Source: a bacterium
GTDB taxonomy: Bacteria; UBA8248
DNA: 64,000 nt
Direction: 5' to 3'
NCBI GenBank assembly: GCA_965261085.1
Contig: OZ253442.1
Span: forward strand, 1,120,001 to 1,184,000
Part shown: piece by piece, positions 58,264 through 64,000 of the stretch
How the letters are laid out: every line of letters begins with the position of its first letter
Numbering within the stretch: the first letter of the stretch is position 1
Notes under the pieces: model-generated
What the model was told of the DNA's origin: nothing
Databases searched by the model: none
Seen by the model: only the letters and a program-made list of their open reading frames with translations
Translations under genes and position numbers: made by a program

Positions 58264-59061
58264 CTAGTAGTCACTTCCGACCTCCCTTGCGGTAAGCGTG
58301 AAGATGCGCTCGGCCAACTGGTCCTCGGCGACGACGCCGTATGCGACCGGAAGCGTCCGCTTGGTCCGCGTATCGTATAAGACCACGGTGGGCAATACCG
58401 GGGCCTGGATCCCCATCCGCGCGGCGCGGCCCTGATCGGGCACCGCCTCCGGCCAGCCCGCAAGCGGTCCGCCCGTCATCGAGACCGCGAGCACCTCTAT
58501 CCCGTGACGAAGCGCGAAGGCGCGAAGCAGCGGTCCGAATACGCGGCACGCGGGACACCGCTCCGAGCCCAGGTAGATCAGGCCGTAGCGCTCACCGAGT
58601 CTGGCCAGTGCGCCCTCGCGCTCGGCCCGGCGCTCATCCGACCAGAGTTTTTTGGCGAGCGCGCCCACCGGACGTTTTAGGGTGTAATCGAGAGCCGGAT
58701 TCGCCCAGACCGTACGGCGGAAGGCGTCCGAAAACGACGCGGCGCTTTGCAGGGCTTTCTGCTGGAGAGCCAAGTAGGCCGTGACGTTCTCTGTGCTCGG
58801 TTCCAGGATCGCACGCGCGCGGGCCTCTTCCAGCGCCCGGCGGGTCGAGAGAATGCGTTCGGTGGCGCTCGGTGTTTGCGCGGGCCGTGGCGCCTGCGCC
58901 TCATCTTCCGTCGTTTCATCGCGGTCGCAATAGAAGTGCCAGCCGAGCGGGGAACCGGCATCGGGCGTACCGCACCACGAGCGCCATTCCCGCGCCTCCG
59001 CGGGCAGGACGGAGAGAACGGAGAGCAGGCAGGCGAGTATGAATGCGTATGAGCTGATCAT
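58264..59061 (-). CDS. traF: F-type TraF (thioredoxin-like)
   Basis: GWHFYC, PALDY, CPAC; upstream of traH. Confidence 0.88.
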   Translation of the reverse strand: MISSYAFILACLLSVLSVLPAEAREWRSWCGTPDAGSPLGWHFYCDRDETTEDEAQAPRPAQTPSATERILSTRRALEEARARAILEPSTENVTAYLALQQKALQSAASFSDAFRRTVWANPALDYTLKRPVGALAKKLWSDERRAEREGALARLGERYGLIYLGSERCPACRVFGPLLRAFALRHGIEVLAVSMTGGPLAGWPEAVPDQGRAARMGIQAPVLPTVVLYDTRTKRTLPVAYGVVAEDQLAERIFTLTAREVGSDY

Positions 59062-59070
59062 GGTCGTCCC

Positions 59071-60147
59071 TCACTTGTTCCTGTCGTAAAAATCGCGGAT
59101 GCGCGCGCGCATGGCATTGCCGGTTTCGTCGGCTTCGGGAAGCGCGATCGAGGGCGCACTCGACCCGTCTACGATGTTCTCGGTGAACTCCGACAGGTCC
59201 ACGGCCTCGAAGTCGATCCGCTCCATCTCATCGACCGTGAAGCCCCGGCAACTCCCCCAGCCGAGTCCGAGCTGTCCCCGCGTCGCCTCCTGCAGGATGC
59301 GCCCGAGCTTGGAACCGAAGACGCACCAGACACGCTCCCGGCGGATGCAGACGCCGAATATCCGCTTCGCGCACCGCGTTCCGAGGTAGTGCGTATTCCC
59401 GGCATGGCGCTCCTGGGCTAAAAGGCGCTCCCCCTCGGTGCACTCGGCCAGGTCGATGAGTAGACCCGAGTCCTTGCAGCAATCGGCCAGCCCGCCCCAT
59501 CGGATCCGGCACGAGCGGCGCTCGCCGCGGAAAAACCTCAGATTCTCGCGGTCGAATTCCTCCCCGCCCATCTCCATCACCATGTTGAGCCGGGCCGTTG
59601 CGCCGATGAACCCGGTGTTGGCCTGTGGGGTCGTGGTTTCACATCCCGCGCCGGCGCACCAGGAGACCGATCCGCAAGGGCCGCCCGTTTCCGCCTGCGC
59701 GAGGCCGGCGGCGCAGTTCGCGACGGACCCCGACGCCAGGCCCGAGGCGCCGAAGCGCGAAGCTTTCGGGTCGCCCTGGATTTCCTCCCCGCGCACCGGG
59801 ATCGGGTCATCCGCCCTGACGGACGCGTCCGGACGCCCGGTAACACCCTCGATCACGGCGCGTCCGGCCTTTCCGCCAGGATCGGTGGGATCCGTCAAGA
59901 CCCGGTTCGCTGCGGATTCCAGCTCGGCTGCGCCGATGCCTCTTTCGGGCGGGTTCGTTCCTGCGTAACCCGGAACGCGGGCGGTCGAAGCGGGGTCCCT
60001 CGCGACGGCGGCGGCGGCCGCCCGTCCCGCATCGCCAATCGCGCGGGCAGCCGCCTTTGGGTCTTCGGCACGGGCGTTGCCGGCCGACAGGTACGCGAGG
60101 AGCACGAGGGCCGGGGCGACGGCCCGCATCCATAGTTTCCGCTTCAT
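59071..60147 (-). CDS. traN: TraN (short, C-terminal-type)
   Basis: DCCKDSG, WCVFGSKLGRILQ, CRGFTVDEMERIDFEAVDLSEF. Confidence 0.85.
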   Translation of the reverse strand: MKRKLWMRAVAPALVLLAYLSAGNARAEDPKAAARAIGDAGRAAAAAVARDPASTARVPGYAGTNPPERGIGAAELESAANRVLTDPTDPGGKAGRAVIEGVTGRPDASVRADDPIPVRGEEIQGDPKASRFGASGLASGSVANCAAGLAQAETGGPCGSVSWCAGAGCETTTPQANTGFIGATARLNMVMEMGGEEFDRENLRFFRGERRSCRIRWGGLADCCKDSGLLIDLAECTEGERLLAQERHAGNTHYLGTRCAKRIFGVCIRRERVWCVFGSKLGRILQEATRGQLGLGWGSCRGFTVDEMERIDFEAVDLSEFTENIVDGSSAPSIALPEADETGNAMRARIRDFYDRNK

Positions 60148-60857
60148 GGAGAATCTCCTCTGAGCTTTGCGAGATGACGGCGCGCCGTCTCGCGGCCCGG
60201 CCCGCCCTCTTCAGCGATGATCGAAAGCGCCGCTTCAAGGCCGATGTTCCCACTAATACGGTCATGGGGCGGCGGCGGGTCCGCTGCGCAGCCACGGCTC
60301 TTACAGGGCGGGACCCCGCCCGGGACCACGGCGACGGCGGGGATCGCGGTGATACCGAAGAGGCGGAACAGGCGCGGGTCGATCGCGGCGCCTGCGCCTT
60401 CCGCAAGATACGCCCCGATACGCTTGACCGTGGCCTTGAGTCCTTGGGGGCCAAGTCCGCGCAGGACCAGCGGCGCGCCGATTCGCGCCGCCTCCAGGCT
60501 CCATTCACGCCGGCTCGCAGCGGGGGCCGAGAGGCTCATGAAGACGATGACCTCGGAGCCACGGGGACGCGTGGTGAGGCCGTCGGCAACGCGACCGGCA
60601 TGGCCCTCGGCCGGGAGGGGAATGGGGGTTTGAGAGGGATTTTCCCCTGCGCGCCTGAGCGCGCGCTTAATCACCGACCGTGACCAGGCGCTAAGATCGC
60701 CTGCAGGCGATTTTTTCGTTTTCCGTAATACCCCTTCCACCATCTCGCGCGCTGCTTTTTCATTGCTTTCCTGCGCCGGGACCGGAGTGGCCCACGCCGT
60801 GAGGAGGAGGGTGCAGGAAAGCGCCATGACAGTCTTATGAATCACTTTGCAGCCCAT
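60144..60857 (-). CDS. trbC: F-type TrbC pilus assembly protein
   Basis: VFMSLSAP, LVLRGL, AIDPRLFRLFGITAIPAV, ISGNIGLEAAL. Confidence 0.85.
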   Translation of the reverse strand: MGCKVIHKTVMALSCTLLLTAWATPVPAQESNEKAAREMVEGVLRKTKKSPAGDLSAWSRSVIKRALRRAGENPSQTPIPLPAEGHAGRVADGLTTRPRGSEVIVFMSLSAPAASRREWSLEAARIGAPLVLRGLGPQGLKATVKRIGAYLAEGAGAAIDPRLFRLFGITAIPAVAVVPGGVPPCKSRGCAADPPPPHDRISGNIGLEAALSIIAEEGGPGRETARRHLAKLRGDSP

Positions 60858-60868
60858 TATCAATTTCC

Positions 60869-61870
60869 TTAGAGGAGACAGCAGTTGCGCTTGCGCCAGA
60901 GCAGGTACCCGAAATTCTCCCCCGCCACGGGCAACTCGCGCAGCGCTTCCCACAGCACTGTGGAGCGGCCCGTCGGGTTGCAGCCCGTGAGGGGTGACGT
61001 GGCGGGAACCGGCTGGGTCATCTGCCAGCGGTATTGCGATTTCTTCATGATCGGCATGGGATAGCGCCCACACAGCGCCGCAGTCCCCGAGGTGCCCCAG
61101 GCGAGCAGCAGCCTGTGGAGGCGGAACACGAGCCTTTGGGCCGCGAGCAGCGAGGCCTGCACTCCTCCCACGTGGGCGCCCACGTTCCCGGTCAGGGGAT
61201 ACATCCCGCCCTGACAGCCCGCGCACCAGTACAGGGGATCGATCGGCAGGCCCGCAGACGCCGCCGCGCAATCGGCGGCGCAGGCCGCCTGGGCCGGCAG
61301 GTCGGCGAAGAGCGCGGCCTCGGGGTTCAGCAGGAAGGAGAGTTCATCGTCGCGCCAGGCGGGGTCGAGCTCCGAAACCCAGGCGATGTCGAGCCCGCCG
61401 CCTTCCAGGCAGCCCAAGTCGAGCAGCGCTCCGATCCACGAGAGAAGCGGGTAGACGTAGTAGTGGGCGTGCCAGGTGGAACCCTGCGCGCCGTCTCCGC
61501 TTGAAGAACCCGTTCGCCCGCGTCCGGCGGGCAGGCCTGAGTCGATGGTCATGCCGCCGAGATTCGGGAAACACCAGGGCGCGCGGCTCGCGTCTACCAG
61601 CCGCGCCGGCTCCCACATCCCGAGCGAGAGCCCGATCCGGGGGATGGGCTTTCCGCAGAAGCATATCGGAGAACCCGGGTTGGGCGTGTCCGGCGCGCCC
61701 GAGGCTGAGCCCATCCGGATCGGCCCGATCGATATCGGGAACAGACACTCCCAGCACACGTCAGTCACGGGGTTCACGAAACGCCCGGTGCACGATTGCG
61801 CGGACGCGTGACCGGCGGGCAGGACGCAGGCGAGGAGGATGATTAGAATGAAAAAAATCCGGTGTTTCAT
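60869..61870 (-). CDS. traU: TraU
   Basis: CTGRFVNPVTDVCWECLFPISIG; WEPARL; WRKRNCC. Confidence 0.93.
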   Translation of the reverse strand: MKHRIFFILIILLACVLPAGHASAQSCTGRFVNPVTDVCWECLFPISIGPIRMGSASGAPDTPNPGSPICFCGKPIPRIGLSLGMWEPARLVDASRAPWCFPNLGGMTIDSGLPAGRGRTGSSSGDGAQGSTWHAHYYVYPLLSWIGALLDLGCLEGGGLDIAWVSELDPAWRDDELSFLLNPEAALFADLPAQAACAADCAAASAGLPIDPLYWCAGCQGGMYPLTGNVGAHVGGVQASLLAAQRLVFRLHRLLLAWGTSGTAALCGRYPMPIMKKSQYRWQMTQPVPATSPLTGCNPTGRSTVLWEALRELPVAGENFGYLLWRKRNCCLL

Positions 61871-62538
61871 GGCCGGTCTCCTTCGCCCAGGGGATCCGGT
61901 TTGTCTTCGAGAGGCACTTCCGTGATTTTCAGGGTCGATCCCGCAGCCGCGACCACGGACGGCGTGGCGAGAAGCCCCAGGCGCCCCGTGAGCCGACCGC
62001 CCTGATCGTAAAAGAACGCCCGGCCGCGGGTACGGGCCAGTTCCAGCGGACGGCCCGCGAGCAAAACGATCACCGAGGGATTTTCGTGGCGAAGCGCCCA
62101 GGCGACCTCGACAGGACGGGTCCCGTCGATGAACAGGAGATCGCGGGTCAGGGGATGCGTCGAAAGCGGATTGACCCGCGCGCCGCGCGCCGCGAGCAGG
62201 GTCCCGTCCGCCGCCCGGACGTCTTCTTCAAGCGTGACGGAAGGATCGAACAGACGGGTGCGGCGGACACGCGCGGGGAGGATGTCCGAGACGCGGGGAG
62301 GCGCCTCGACGCGCTCCCTGACCCGGGCGAGCGCCTCGCGGCGCATGCGGGCGAGTTCGCCCGTAGTTTCCATCGCCTTGAGTCTGGCCTCGATATCGAG
62401 CAGCAGGTCGGGTTCCGTGATGCGCCATACCGCGCCGCGCACGCCGAGATCCTTCGCCGTCACGGCTTCCGCCATGAGCGTCAACGCGAATGCAATCACG
62501 ACGGACAGCAAACGGGATAGTGGAGGACGCCGCCTCAT
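61867..62538 (-). CDS. traW: TraW
   Basis: KDLGVRGAVWRITEPDLL, FDPS, VNPL, LLFIDG, YDQGG. Confidence 0.92.
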   Translation of the reverse strand: MRRRPPLSRLLSVVIAFALTLMAEAVTAKDLGVRGAVWRITEPDLLLDIEARLKAMETTGELARMRREALARVRERVEAPPRVSDILPARVRRTRLFDPSVTLEEDVRAADGTLLAARGARVNPLSTHPLTRDLLFIDGTRPVEVAWALRHENPSVIVLLAGRPLELARTRGRAFFYDQGGRLTGRLGLLATPSVVAAAGSTLKITEVPLEDKPDPLGEGDRP

Positions 62539-63089
62539 GGCAGCACCTTTTTTTGACTTGCGAGCGGTCCTTTCAGTCCCAGCCACGGGACGTCGGGAAG
62601 CGCCAGGGCACGGCCCCGGATGCGTTCCAGCGGGATGAGCCCGATCTCCTCATAACGGCTGTCGTGGCTGTCCGCGTGATCGGCGTGGACGTAGTAATGA
62701 TCCTGCGGGATCACTACAGGTTTGATCGCTTCAAGCTCGCGTCCGTTGAGCGCACGCCTCTTCGCGGTCCCGATGAGGGCGCCGTTCAGGCGGATGCGGC
62801 GCTCCGCGTCCACCTCCACCCACTCTCCCGGCAGGCCGCGCACGCGCTTCATGTAGGGGATAGGCGATCCCGCCGCCTCCGGCGGGTCGAAGAGCACGAA
62901 GTCGCCGCGTTTCGGCGCGCCCATGAGCGGCAGCGCGAAATACCCCCACGCCGGATCGGAGGTGCTCGCGTTCACGTGCACGCGCGAGGCCGCCGCGAGC
63001 CACAGTCCGGACAGAACGGCCATACAGACCAGGAACCTGAAGCCCCGGGTGTTGGCGCGTCCCGGCGCCTTGGCGTCGGTAATCATCAT
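62535..63089 (-). CDS. Conjugative S26 signal peptidase (TrhF/TraF-peptidase)
   Basis: NASTS, MKRVRGLPG, SHDSRY..IG. Confidence 0.85.
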   Translation of the reverse strand: MMITDAKAPGRANTRGFRFLVCMAVLSGLWLAAASRVHVNASTSDPAWGYFALPLMGAPKRGDFVLFDPPEAAGSPIPYMKRVRGLPGEWVEVDAERRIRLNGALIGTAKRRALNGRELEAIKPVVIPQDHYYVHADHADSHDSRYEEIGLIPLERIRGRALALPDVPWLGLKGPLASQKKVLP

Positions 63090-63469
63090 TTTTTATCCTC
63101 CTTCTTATCCTTCGGGGGATGCGCACGGGGCGGGACCGCGGCCATCGCCGCCTCGACTTCCGCCGTCAGGTCCTTGGCGCCCGCGGCGACCGCGCCCGCC
63201 GTGAGTAGGATGGCTCCGTGGCGAGCCGCCGTCTTTGCGAGCGTCTCTTCCAATCGCCTGGCCCAGGCGCGGGCCGCACCCAAAGCCTCCTCGTTGTTTC
63301 CGCCTTCCCGGAGGGTCCTGGTCACGTAGTCCGCCGTGAGGCTCGATAGACGTACGCTCGCGATACGCGGGACATTTTCGAGGGAGGCCCGCACCGTCAC
63401 TGCCGAGACGGCCGCGGCCACGCCGGCCGCGAGGAGCAGGGAGGCTGCGAACGCCGGGAACCCGCTCAT
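63086..63469 (-). CDS. trbI: F-type TrbI-like protein
   Basis: N-terminal TM, ILLTAGAVAAGAKDLT motif, position upstream of trhF/traW. Confidence 0.75.
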   Translation of the reverse strand: MSGFPAFAASLLLAAGVAAAVSAVTVRASLENVPRIASVRLSSLTADYVTRTLREGGNNEEALGAARAWARRLEETLAKTAARHGAILLTAGAVAAGAKDLTAEVEAAMAAVPPRAHPPKDKKEDKK

Positions 63470-63732
63470 GACCGCTCTCCCGCCGCACGACGCCGCGCAC
63501 TCATCGATATCCATGCCCTGGCGTCGTACCGCCTGAACCAGGCCGTTCCCTCCTCGTCATGGAACATGTAGAGGTAGCGGCCCGCGTAGAGCGGATCGCA
63601 GGGATCGGCCGAGAGCACGCGCGCTGCGATAGCGGCGCGGAACACGCCCTCGGTGTCCTCGAAGACCTGGACGCTCCGCTTCCGTTCAGGCCGCCGCCCG
63701 CGTCCAGGCCGTCGCCTGCGATCAGGCCGCAT
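63466..63732 (-). CDS. Hypothetical protein within the tra operon
   Basis: VFRAAIAARVLSADP..YAGRYLYMF; ATGA overlap with trbI; start uncertain. Confidence 0.5.
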   Translation of the reverse strand: MRPDRRRRPGRGRRPERKRSVQVFEDTEGVFRAAIAARVLSADPCDPLYAGRYLYMFHDEEGTAWFRRYDARAWISMSARRRAAGERS

Positions 63733-64000
63733 CGCGTGAGCCTCCGGCCAGGGGCGAGCGTTCCGACGACGCCTCCGGCGCCGTCCGTACGTGCGCTCCA
63801 TCTTGTTTCTCCTCGTTACTTTCGCCGGCCTCATCAGTGCGGGGCGCCGCGGCGCTCCCGCCCGCGTCCGGCGGTCTCTTGAGGTCGTGGAAACGATCGA
63901 GCCAGAGCCGCGCCGCCCGGGCGGGATCGAGTAGCCTGATGCGGCGATCGAGCGGCGGAAAGGCGACGGACGTGGCCGCGCCCTCGCCCGCTCCGGGGAC
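63722..64000 (-). CDS. 3' end of a hypothetical ORF entering from beyond the window
   Basis: Open frame of 93 codons ending at TGA 63722. Confidence 0.4.
   Translation of the reverse strand, partial: VPGAGEGAATSVAFPPLDRRIRLLDPARAARLWLDRFHDLKRPPDAGGSAAAPRTDEAGESNEEKQDGAHVRTAPEASSERSPLAGGSRDAA

Overview
A GC-rich conjugative mobile region (ICE or plasmid) that reads as two related MOBF elements in inverted orientation. Left unit (1-11.5 kb): higBA, a solitary type I-E-like CRISPR repeat, an ATPase-less mini-TraD, a TraI/TrwC relaxase, an RHH gene, and a leading-type operon (Cys-rich repeat protein, acidic peptide, ssb, DUF4326, DUF2493/SLOG). Centre (11.9-16.9 kb): defence-like genes (nuclease-DUF1817 fusion, SIR2-like protein, restriction-modification remnants). 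Right unit (17-64 kb): an inverted copy of the leading operon with a Toprim gene, then cargo (TctABC transporter, two enzymes with altered active-site motifs, IS256 remnant with a group II intron, VapBC-DUF5131-tcmP remnant, a stop-split GHKL ATPase-nuclease, a Leu-body tRNA with a CCA anticodon). After that come a second RHH, traI and traD, a ~10 kb cassette bounded by duplicated traD 5' ends (S24 domain, frameshifted SRCR/LRR/Calx-beta autotransporter, 26x7-bp repeat, LysR), and an F-type tra operon (traG, H, F, N, trbC, traU, W, trhF, trbI). The main leads are a duplicated, covarying hairpin element with Frpo-like ssDNA-promoter geometry in front of DUF4326-DUF2493, the solitary CRISPR repeat, and the chimeric tRNA. 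All calls are by eye from motifs; no searches were run.
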